From Schizochytrium sp. TIO01 (taxonomy: Eukaryota > Protista > Bigyra: Labyrinthulomycetes), in the NCBI GenBank assembly GCA_004764695.1, contig SMSO01000031.1:7484761-7548760 (forward strand): a stretch of 64,000 nucleotides of DNA, given 5' to 3'. The notes beneath the pieces were generated by a model. It did not search any database. It worked only from the letters and a program-made list of their open reading frames with translations, and was not told where the DNA came from. Position numbers and translations under genes: made by a program. Positions 13,021 to 24,500 of the stretch are shown here, piece by piece (the first letter of the stretch is position 1; each line of letters begins with the position of its first letter).

Positions 13021-16000
13021 ACATACGTTCGCTTCTGACTGACTGACTAGTCATGACATACATTCTTACATGTATCTATTACAGTACGCGTATATAGTAC
13101 GCAGGCCTACGTAAGTAATTACGTATACGCATATGTTTGTATGTATGTTTGTATGTATGTATGTATATATGTGTATTATGAGTCCGGATGTCTGTATGTA
13201 TCTACGTATTTTTGTATAATGTATGTATGTAGATAATCTCTCTCTTTTGGCTGCCTGCTCGAGCGAGACCCTTGCCGCGAGGAGCGCCTGGGAGCACTGG
13301 AGAGCACTCACGCAAGGCAGGCCACGGCGCAGTGCTGCTGCTGCTGCTGGCCTGCTGCCAGCCAGCCAGCCAGCAAGTTAGCAGTTAGCAAGTCAGCCTG
13401 CGAGAGATTGAGTGAACGCGTTGTGGAGGACTTGAACTGATTGGAAATGCATTCTTTCCGTGGATGGGACCACGAGCGGCGAAACCTCTGGGCGGCGGTG
13501 GCGCGACTGGAAAGACGGAGGGGGGTACCTGGATGATGACGGTTGGGATCGTTCTGATGCTGACTGGCCGGCCTGGCCGGGGTGAACTTACCGTGGTGCT
13601 GCTGGGACACGAAGACCACTGCGCTCGATGGGTACGGAGAGGTGGGGTAGTCGCGGTTTGCTTTCTTGCTTTCTTTCTTGCTTTCTTTCTTTCTTTTTCT
13701 TTTTCTTTTTCTTTTGTTCATAGCTTCTTTTGCTTTCAAGTTAAAAGTTTCTTTTGCTTGCAGTCTCTTGCTGTTGTTATTATGGCATTCAGCAGCAAAA
13801 GCAAAGCTACTGATGTAGAATAAACTAAAAATCTTTACTTGGATAAACTATAATTAAAGAATAACTTGAAGCACATTACTTTTCCTAGAGTAGTATTACA
13901 TTAACATGTTTTTATATCATATATATAACAGCAGAAGGACCGAAGCACCCGCTAAATTCTACGTAAGTAAGTACCTACAAATATTAAGGCAAATTCGTTT
14001 CCTGGCATTGCTGGAAAAACGTTTTCAAACTAGGGATTTTGTCATGTTCGTACTACCTAGCTAGGGATGACTGTACTTCTGCACTCTCCAGTGCAATCGT
14101 ATACAGGAAACCAAATCTTTTGTTATGGTAGATATACCTCCTACCAATACCTGCATTTAAACCTCCTGCTTCGAATTTCTGCTGGTAGTATGAGCATTTC
14201 CTTTAGTTTATTCTACAATTTAGGCCACAGCTGATGACAAAATACTATATAGACTTTATGTTTGAGTGTTGCTGAAGTACTTTTTTTTCTTTTTTAAATA
14301 ATGTAAAACATAAAATATTTAAAATTGAGTTTTATTATTACCCAGAATTAATTTCGTGTACCTTGTAAATATTATCTTTGATTTAAAGAATTTAAATAAA
14401 AGAAAACCTAGCTAGGGTTCTCTTCCATTTTTTTTCTTTAATTCTGCAAAACCGGTCCTACTACTAGAGGGTAGTCAATTATTTTTCTTCTGTACGGTAA
14501 TAGTAAGTGCCTATCAGGCTGCATTTTAAATTCGTTCTATTTATAACGAGCCATCAATCCTGTCATGTTGTATTTAAACATAAGTTTCTTTCATTTTTTC
14601 ATTTTTTTTAAAGCACCGAAATGTTTTTATGATTAAAGTTGAGTTTGAAATTTGTTAGAATGCCAGTAAGAAAGCGAAAAGGCTAACGCCAACACTGGCT
14701 ACGAAACACTCCAGCCATATCATTGGATAAAAGAGCTATCACTATATGGTATTGCCTAGATACCATATCGTTAGTGCAATCTTAAATATGATTCTAACAC
14801 AACACACGTAGAGAAATATCCGGATAAAGCGGTAACAGATATCGAGTACTGCTACGGCAATTTCTGTTCTAACCCCAATTTTACATTAGACAAGAACTGC
14901 AAAAATATCCATAGAAGACTACGTTTTTGTTCTGAACCAAGCCCAGTAATAAAGAAAATTATTATTATCGTTTACCGTGGCTAACTCTATTCATCCCTTC
15001 CCTATCATATGCTTCGAATTTCCCATAGGTGTATCGTTACAGGCCTGCCTTTATTGTCTCAACCACTTGAATGTGAATCTGCCACTCAAATATGTAATTT
15101 CACTTAACAAAGGTTATCACAATGGGGAAAAGCTGAGAGATGAGGTAATATAGAAACACCGATCAACAAAGGTAACACAGACAACCATAACCTTTCTAAC
15201 CTTTTCGAATCAGAGTGTTTTCAAAGCTGCGAACAAACACCATCGCCACCAGCATCAAAATAAAGAACGGCCCTCGCGTTAGTATAAGAGTATTATACAT
15301 CAAACATTTTACTTTATTCTTCATCATTATGCATATAGCGAGTCGAAGACACCCTCAACATCGAGGTTGTCTTTTATCCCCCCCCCCCCCCTCCCTCCAA
15401 ACTTCAACTTCTTCTCAAAATATAAATATCTACTAATACACTGCGCGTCAGGTAAGCTTTATTTCGAATCTATGTTACTCTATCTTTAGTTATTTTTGCA
15501 GAATATTTCTATGCGCGCACGTGTTGGTCTAGAGAAAACCTTGCAAGCTTTCTGTTGAAATTTATAGAAGCAAAACGATGTAAGGAAAACTTTCGTCCAA
15601 CGACTGCCGATCATACCCCGAGCGGTTGAGGAAAGTGCTATGTGAGTTGGTGTACTACAACTCCCACATATCCTACAGAACATGTGCAAGCTCTATTGCT
15701 CTGAAGCCATACTACGAAGTACCTCTCTCAAGGAAATAAACAGTTTTAGATTCTGAAAAGCTTAAGATAATGGTTTCTGTTAAATAATTCGCCTTTCTCT
15801 ATGCACAATGCTTCTATGAAGAGGTCTCATATTTAAAAGATTCTTAGCTGAAAATTCAAGTAGCTAGAAATGCTGAGCACTTGAACAACATTATAACCAA
15901 GCCTGATTCGCTGACTTTGATTAAAAAAAGTCATACTCAAAGAAATGGTTCAACTGTGACATTGATATGGTGTAAGATGCAATCTTGTCTAGTTTGCGGA

Positions 16001-17163
16001 TACCTGCAGCTGGCAAGAGAGTACATTTGACTGTAGTTCTAATACGGTGAAAGTATGCAATAATCACACCTTTAAGATTTGTTCTTTAAGCATTCAGTCA
16101 GCGTGAAGTTGTCTTGGATTTTCAAATATATTCCCATTCAGCACCATTATTCGACTTTAAACGCCCGAAAATGGGTTTACAATCAAACACAGTGAGCACT
16201 GTTAAAAAGAAAGTAGTAGTCATGGGCAACAAAGACTAATTTTAGAATGATCTCCATGATGAACTTTTCATTTCCTGTGCTATGATGATCTCAGAAAAAT
16301 TGAACTTAAAATGTATATTCATATCCTTACAAGGCTTACCACGCTAAGCCACAGACTGAGCATCATTTTGTAAATATAAAAAAATAAAAATAATATAATA
16401 AATACAGCTTATTTTATTATTTCCCCAAACTTTCTCTCTAGTTGGGATAAATTATGTATATCCCTATCTAGATGCTTAGTTTCTTCAATCGTGGTTCAAA
16501 GAAATCAATTGCTGCCAAAAGTTGCAGTCCCTACCAACTTGCCTACTAGCATGTATATTACTTCGGTGCTACTGAAATGCATTTCATTTTCTTGCTGCTT
16601 CTCTTTCTCAAGCGCCTGGCAGAGGCTTCTTTGGTTAATATATCAAGTCAAAGCAAACAAAGTACTTGATGAACTGGCCCAGTATTCCATTTCAAGTCAA
16701 TCATTAGAAATGATGTGATGACGAACCATTTCTGAAGCTTGCTTCTGAACGGACTTTCCTCCCATAGCGTGGAGTTCAGTCAGTACAAATTGGCCTGTCT
16801 ACTAAAGTTTAGTAATTACTGTAAGCTAGGGTACCTACTGCTTTGGAAGAACCACCGATGACCTGCCTGCCGGGGCTTTTTGTAGCTAGTAACTAAAGGG
16901 AGACGCTGCAAACCAGCTTTGCTTGTAGTTGCTCACAAAGCGCCACAAGCACGCACCACGCACAAGATCAACTGGCTAACCAATGGTAACGTCAAGAGCT
17001 GGAGGATAGCGTCCTCTGGGAGGAACACTTGGTGCTTGTGCTTCTCTTGTGCTGGTCGATGCATCTCTCGGTGAAGTTCACCGAGCAAAGAAAACAAAAC
17101 TTGAGAGCTTTTTCCTTTCTTTCTTTCATTTACACACAGGTTCTATTATTACCTTCATATATA

Positions 17164-17404
17164 TACATACATACATACATACATACATACATACATACAT
17201 ACATACATACATACATACATACATACATACATACATACATACATACATACATACATACATACATACATACATACATACATACATACATACATACATACAT
17301 ACATACATACATACATACATACATACATACATACATACATACATACATACATACATACATACATACATACATACATACATACATACATACATACATACAT
17401 ACAT
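17164..17404. repeat. (TACA)n microsatellite, ~60 units
   Basis: Perfect tetranucleotide array; source of the spurious YIHT/MYVC ORFs. Confidence 0.98.
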
Positions 17405-20400
17405 GGCTTTTTACTACAAAAGAGCTATAGTAGCATTTTAGTGGCAGGTAGCAGTAGAAAGCAACTCGCTCTACCTCTTCTCCGTAGGCTTCAGAAACAG
17501 GGTCTTCTTGCTCCTCCTTTGACCTTTGAGAGGTGTAAAGAAGGTTGAGTGTAGCACCTACTTAGGTACCTGCCTACCTATACAGACTCTTGTAGACCAC
17601 GATTTATCATGGCAACATTTTCATGAACCGCCCCTCGGAATAAACAACTCAGTCTACTATATTTTCTAATTTTATTGTTTTTATTTCAACTTAATTTTAT
17701 TTATTTTAAAATTGAAAGTGCACTTGCGGTCTGTGAGCAGGAGGATCGTCTTTTTGAGCTGCAGTTGCTTTGGTTTTTGAACAAGCAGCTTTCCTCAAGC
17801 TGCTGTAGCTTTACTTATTGATAGCTGCCTCCCAAGTGACTCTGGCTGTTTACTCGCTCCTTATAAGCCAACCAGTAGTACGGGTACTCCAGCTAAATAA
17901 CTATGTGCTCAATCAGTCCTCCACGCCAAGAGGTCGATGCTGTTCTGTTCAAGTCGCGGCAGCCTGCTTTCAGCCTGCTTTCAGCCAGTCAAAAGTCGCC
18001 TTCCTTGGTCATTACTATTAGTAGAAATAATATGATTCTTAGCAACATAACACTAATAGCAGTAGTAGTAGCAGTAGTAGCAGTAGTAGCAGTAGTAGCA
18101 GTAGTTAATTTAAAACATATAAGCACTTCATAGATGGTTTACCATGTATGATTGAAAAGACGTGTTTTTTGTCTATTTAGGTAGATAGTACGTAGTTCTA
18201 TTTAAGGAATAGGAAGGCGACGAAGTGCGACCCACCCTAGACTTTTGTCTGAGCAAAGTATTAGCATAGAGGTACTTGGACTCACCTGGTCTGGCAGGCT
18301 TTTAAGTAATTGGACGGCTTCTTCAAGTTAGATGCAACAAGCAGGCTCGTGCAAGCTTGTGCCTTTCGTACTTGGTGATTTTGCAGAAAACTTACGCACA
18401 GCTCCTGCTGAAATACTTATTTGCAGCGCATGCCGGTAGCAAGAGGAACGAGCCACCGCATTATAGCAAAAATCACTCTCTGTGCTGTTGTCAGTTAGCA
18501 TATATGATAAGTAAATAGTAGGTAAGTACGAAGTTTATATTTTTATTTCTTTATTTTTAAATAAAGAAATATATTGTTAAAATTTGATTAATTGAACAAT
18601 TAAATATATATACATAGAAAGAGAGAGAACTATACTATTGTTGGGATGGAGCCAATCCTAGCTTCGTCAGGAATGGCAAAGGTCATCCCATGAAATAGGA
18701 TGCAGCACATGTCGTAAGCGGCATGATTGGAACCTCGAGTATGAGCTACTCGGTATTAAGTAATTTTTTTTAAGTGTGAGTAGAATTAAGGTTGTGTATA
18801 TTTTGGTGAACTGTGGAGCTGCGCAGATCTCCCCGGACCAGTGATGATTCTGCGGGGTAGCAAGAAATTAAAGCTGGTCAAAGCGTTAGATAACCTAAAG
18901 GCCATAGTGCCCTTACCATGGTTGACAACAACGTCGACGAGTCTCTCTAATTAATGGGAAACGACATGGAGTCGTGTGTGGAGAGTGGCGTACCTAGGAG
19001 TTCGCTGCCAAAAACCTGGGTTAGAGAGGTTAGATGTTGGTTTCGTAGTGATGGCAGGGTTAGAATGGAAAATAAGTCAGCGATTGTGACAACGAGTACC
19101 AAGGCATGGTTGGTTATTGCTGGCCAGTTCCAGACTTTAAAACAAAGCACCTATTTGGCAATAGCGTTTGCAACAGCATCAGCAGCAGCATCAACGGCAA
19201 TCAAGTACTCGAAAAGCACATTTTGGAGCATGGCTGTGGACGTTCTGGTTGATTATTTGTTAATGTAGGTCAATAAAGGAACCCTTTCCAAGGCACGGCA
19301 CAAAGAGTCACCTAAACTAAAGCAGAATAGAAGCCAAATAATTGATTGGTGTCACGATGGGGCATGCAGGTCATTTTAAGGATGAGGACTACTCGAAAGA
19401 GCCTTATCAATGTGGAAAGCCAGCATAATAAAGCTACGCGGTGCTACTAATGACAGTTGCCAATCACAGTTTAGGTTCCCTTCAGAATCTCGAAACACCC
19501 CCTCTAGCCACGAGAGGCAATCATCGACATTTTATTACTTGACAAATAAGAGGAGAAGCACTGACCTCGAAATTGGCTTTCGAAGCTGCCTTTGAAACAC
19601 AGAATTATAATATGTATTTAATAAATTAAAACTCCTTCGTTGATTTAATTTAAAAAAAATATTTTTAAAAACGTTTTGATTAAAAATCAGCATTAATTTA
19701 ATTTCAATCAGATTAAAGTTTCATACCATGAGTATATGAAGTAATGGCCTGCTTCTGGTTAGTAACTACCAAAACTCCTTGTACCAAATGATGGTTTGCG
19801 TCAGACTGATGCTCTTTGGACAGTGCCACCTCTAAGGTTTTGCTAAAATTGTCGGACCAGGCGTTCACTGTTGCGACCAAATTCGTGTTCTTTTGGCTTC
19901 TCAGTCATTTTCGTCCCTAGCAAAGGATAAACTCCAAGGTCGTCGGTGATAGACTTGCCCCAGTTCGATTGAAACATTTTTAATATTTTCCCTGCCTTAT
20001 ACCCTAAGTACTTATCTTCTATCATCATGATGATTGTGCGCGGGTGAGCTTTTAAGAAAGCTGGAAAAGTACCCAGTACAACAGTAGGTTGTTGATGCTT
20101 CCCTGGCAAGAATTTAAAACTTGGTGCGCCAACCTCAATTTGGAAGCAATGTAGCTAAACAATGAAGTGGTTCTGAAGAAAATATTCAATACCTCTCTCT
20201 GCCTTGAGCACGATATTTTGATAGTCACAGTAGCAGATTGAATGCATGGTAAATAATTGTGTAAGCCCATAATAGAACATAACAATGCTTTGTGATGGAT
20301 TATACTGCATGTTTGTCAAAGTTCCTTCTATGAATACTTCTATTTAGTATTTTAAAACCTCAATTGAGAACGTCTATATCATATCACAAAAGAGACAATC

Positions 20401-21556
20401 AAATTAATTTGACGATTTCGTGCTACACAGACACCTATCGTGTAATCTAAGACGTCTATTAACCCCTGAAATTCTTTTTTTTTTTTTTTAAACGTTGATT
20501 TTTTGAGTTCGATATGGGGGAGTTTTGTCTTGCTTCAAACGAGAGTGACAACATCAAGTTGAAACTCGATGACCTGAAATCCTCAAACCACAGTACTTAA
20601 TTCTCGCAATAATTAATTTTTTTGAATGGAAATATGCAAAAAACAATAAAATAAAAAATTATGGTTTGTTAGTATAAATAGTTGTCAACGCTGCAATTTA
20701 ATTGCGGAATTTTTGTCGGGCGATGAATAGAAAGTCAACTTGGTATGCAATTTCAGGACTTTCAACTAATTGTTAGGTTCTAAGACGAACCTTCTGAAGT
20801 ATTGAACTACAGGATAGTAACATAGTATTTATGAATACGTGAAAACTGAGATAATCTAATATATTAAATTCCATATCATGGGCCTTGTCAGTAGGTTAGC
20901 TTTTCATGTTGGACAAAGTAATAGACACAGAGTTTGGTTTATAATCATGATACTATGATTACAAGGTAAATTAATTAGTTGCAAAAACATTAAAAAAAAC
21001 GTACAAAAATAGCAAGGTCAGATTTAGCATAGGTGATGCAACACTATGTAGATTTGGTTTTCTGTAAGAGAGTAAACTACTTGAATAAGTCCGAAACTAA
21101 GAATACGATTGAGATTGGCGCAAAAAATACTCACAGAATTGATAGATATCTTTGATGGCTTTTGTGTTTTGCATTGTTAATACTGGAGAAACATTTGACC
21201 CAGATATATGTTTTACACGGTTTCCTTTCTATTTGACGGGCAGTTCTTATCATTGTTTCGGCATGCTCTAATATTGAAAGAACGATGATATTTGTACCGA
21301 GTTTATTCCATTTGATGATGTTGTTCTTGTTGTTCTTGTTGTTGTTAACCTTCAATTTCCAACATCGGAATCGCTTCAATTTATTGGAAAACATCAAGAT
21401 TTCTATGTAACACGTTCACTCCTAAAGGCGGACGTTCTGCAGTTTATGAATTTAAAAAAACTCTTCACTGTAAATAGAACGATGAATAAAATCATTTATG
21501 TTTACCCCCCAAAGTGGGTTTTTATTGAGCGTGAGAGGAATATGAATATCAAATAT

Positions 21557-24500
21557 TCAAGAAAACGCAGCACCACCAGCATAATCGACCTTGTCCCAAA
21601 ACCTGAACCGATCGCTGTGCGCACTCATGTACTTTTTTATCTCACCGGGAAGATCTTTCGTTTTCATGGATTTCTCTACAAGGTCGCTTGGCAAAGAGAA
21701 TCGCTGCATCAAAGCTTCCTCGAGCGTATCTGAGGTACTGGATTCTGAGGTGAAGTGCAAGAAAACAGTGCGTGGTTCATCATTTTCTCGACGTAAACTG
21801 GTTGACTCCAGAAATGGCCCAAATTCACAATCTTGAAGCGAAAACCCATTGTCCATGATAAATACAAATGCAAAAATGCACCTCTGAAAGTACTCCTCAG
21901 CTTCTGCAATGGTCTCAGCCTTGAAAATCTCCATATCAAAACTGCCAAGTAACCCAGTGAGCACACCTGTTGCCTCCGAGTCCGCACGCTGAATAATAAG
22001 CGCTCGAGGCGTAACAGTGTGGATCCAGTGGGTGATTTCCAGCAGACGAGGTCTTTCATATGAATCCATGTATAGATCTTTTCGGTTGATTGCAAGCTCA
22101 AGCAAGGCAGGCTGTGCATAGTCATGGGAGAAAGAAGATCTCCGATTAACAACATTTGGGGAGGAATTAGACCTTTCTAACTGCGCGAAACCAAGAGCAA
22201 TCCACCTCAGTAAGGTCACTAGGTGGTACGCAGGTACACTCGATTGCATAGTGCCAAGTTGGAGTTGGTGAAAACAGCTGTACCATTCGTTGATAGCACG
22301 GGAATAACGACGATGAAATGCAAGGCTCATGCCATAGCATTTTGTGGTTAGAAAGAAGCGTTGATCGCCGGGCCCGTACTTAGAGGATTGAATTTCGAGA
22401 GCTCTTTGAAAAAGTTCTTCGGATTTCTCAGAGGGCGCTCCACTTAAGTCTAAAGCCTTCGCAAGGTGCACATAGGTCGCTCCAAGTTCCGCTGGACGGG
22501 ACTCAAGGCATTCTTGTAGTTTGACAGACTTGCGTAAGCTTTCTTCGGCAAGGATAACATCTTCATCTCGTTTTCGATTTGTCCACTTGCCGTCGAAAAT
22601 TGCCATATGCATGTTTATGAGAGTGCGCCCAAGTTGATAATGAGTAACATAAAGCTTCGGGTCCAGCATTTCCTCTCGAATCTTGATTGACTCCTGAAAG
22701 CTTGCAATTGCTTCATCAACCGCATCATCCTTGAAAAGGTCACCAAGCATGCGTCCTTTGGCTGTCAGGATATCACCAAGAATGTTTCTGAGATCCTGGT
22801 AGTCTGCTGTGCCTACACCTGTGTCTGTACCTGGGCCATTACTGTTTCGAGACTCCAGTCGCTCGCGGATTTTCTTGCTCATGACATCCATGAGTCTAAT
22901 ACCATCTCTATTAGCCCCTTTAATGGTGAAGATAGGTGCTAAGACAAACGTTGTCCTGGCGAGAGTAGGAAGATCCAGAAAACTCTCAAAATAGCTCAAA
23001 AATCTTTCTGGGTCCACATTTCCAGCTTTGTGAAGAAAAATGTACTCCTGAATCGGTTGAAGGATGAGTTGCATTACAGCAGCTCTAACCTTCGCATCGA
23101 TAGTCGTACCAATAGACAGGTTGTCAATTTCATGTGCTATGAATTTTGAGTCGGATTCTTTAGAGCATTGGCTTTGGTGCAAGCTGAGTCCTTCGACCAG
23201 TTTTGCTAGGTTTTGAACCACAGCGGAATCTGGCCCATCCCAATTGTTGAGGCGTTTGTTTATAGCAAGTTTTGCCTCATTGGGGATTGCTATGGAAAGA
23301 GATTTGTTGCTCTCTAAAGCCAAGGCAATCTCATACCAACACCATCTACGAGTTAGAACCTTCGGTTCGGAAAACCCGTCCATCACCACAATCACGCTGT
23401 CCCGAGTAGAGTTAATGATTTGCACAACTGTTTGGCGCAAAGCACGATCCTCATCACCCAGGGAACCAACTACAACGGCGTCTTTCTTACTTCTTCGATA
23501 TTGTGGAACCGCAAACAAATCTAGCCATAGGTACTTTTCATCTGGTGTTCGAGAGTGTTTCTTTTGAGGCTCTCCATCAATTGGAGCGAGGGCATTAACA
23601 AGATCCTTAAACTTCGTCTTCCAAGCATAACAAACGTAATCGGTGGCAGGGCCGAACCAAGTCCTGGGATCACTTTCTTCCTTTGTTTTTGCGCATGCGA
23701 GCAACTTCATTCGCAGGGTATTACCCTCATCTTTTTGTAAAATCTGTATCAAACTTTGGGATTCCGGCTCCTGTTGCTTGGGCTTACTGAGTTTCCAAAT
23801 AGTCCACTCGGGAATACGATCTTCTTCGTCATCATTTTCAGTTTGAGATAAAGCTCCGACAAGATCGTATTCATCAAGGGCCTCGAATTGAGGTGCATGC
23901 TGCTTGATAAAACGAGCAAAAAGTCTAAGAAAATCTATGCTAACACCGAAATGAACTTTGCTCTTACCGTTTGGGGATTTTGAGGCAAGTTGAAGGTTGT
24001 TAGAAGCTTCGTCATGACAGGACCCAACCTCACTACCAATCTCTTCTTTTTCGGTCTCACATTGTAGCAAATCATGATGGACTAGCGCTGGTGCTTGTGG
24101 ATCTCCGCTCGATGTGTCTGCACCATACCGTAGTGCACTAAATACATGTTGCATCAGAAGAACAATTTTTTCCCACATAAAAACAAGGATCTGTGCCGCA
24201 CTTGTCAAAAACAAAACATCACACAGATCAGAAAATGAACTTCGCTGAGTTCTTTTGTAGGACTGATTGTTGCTTGATGGGTTGTTAGCATCGCTTGCTT
24301 TTCGCTTTCTCCCAGGGGCCGGGCTATCTTGCCCATCTTTCTTTGAGTTTCGCTTTTCACCGCGAGGTTTCTTCTTCACCTTATTAAGGGTTTCCAGTGC
24401 CAACTCTTCGTTTGTAATCTTCACATGCCTGTATTCATATAGAATTGCTGCGCACCATCTCGCAAAGAGAAGTAGTAAAGCCTCGTGTAACACAGCACAT

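Noticed and set aside
12316-13042. 240-aa and overlapping ORFs across the GC island
   Set aside because: Open only because of GC richness and (CAT)n/(TTCAAA)n repeats; open in several frames, non-ATG starts, no domain-like sequence.
17029-17441. ORFs with YIHT/MYVC repeats
   Set aside because: Artefacts of the (TACA)n microsatellite.
23955-23990. Possible Walker A (SPNGKS) in gene B suggesting an NLR NTPase
   Set aside because: Spacing does not fit GxxxxGK[ST], it lies in a disordered linker and it is not conserved in C or E.
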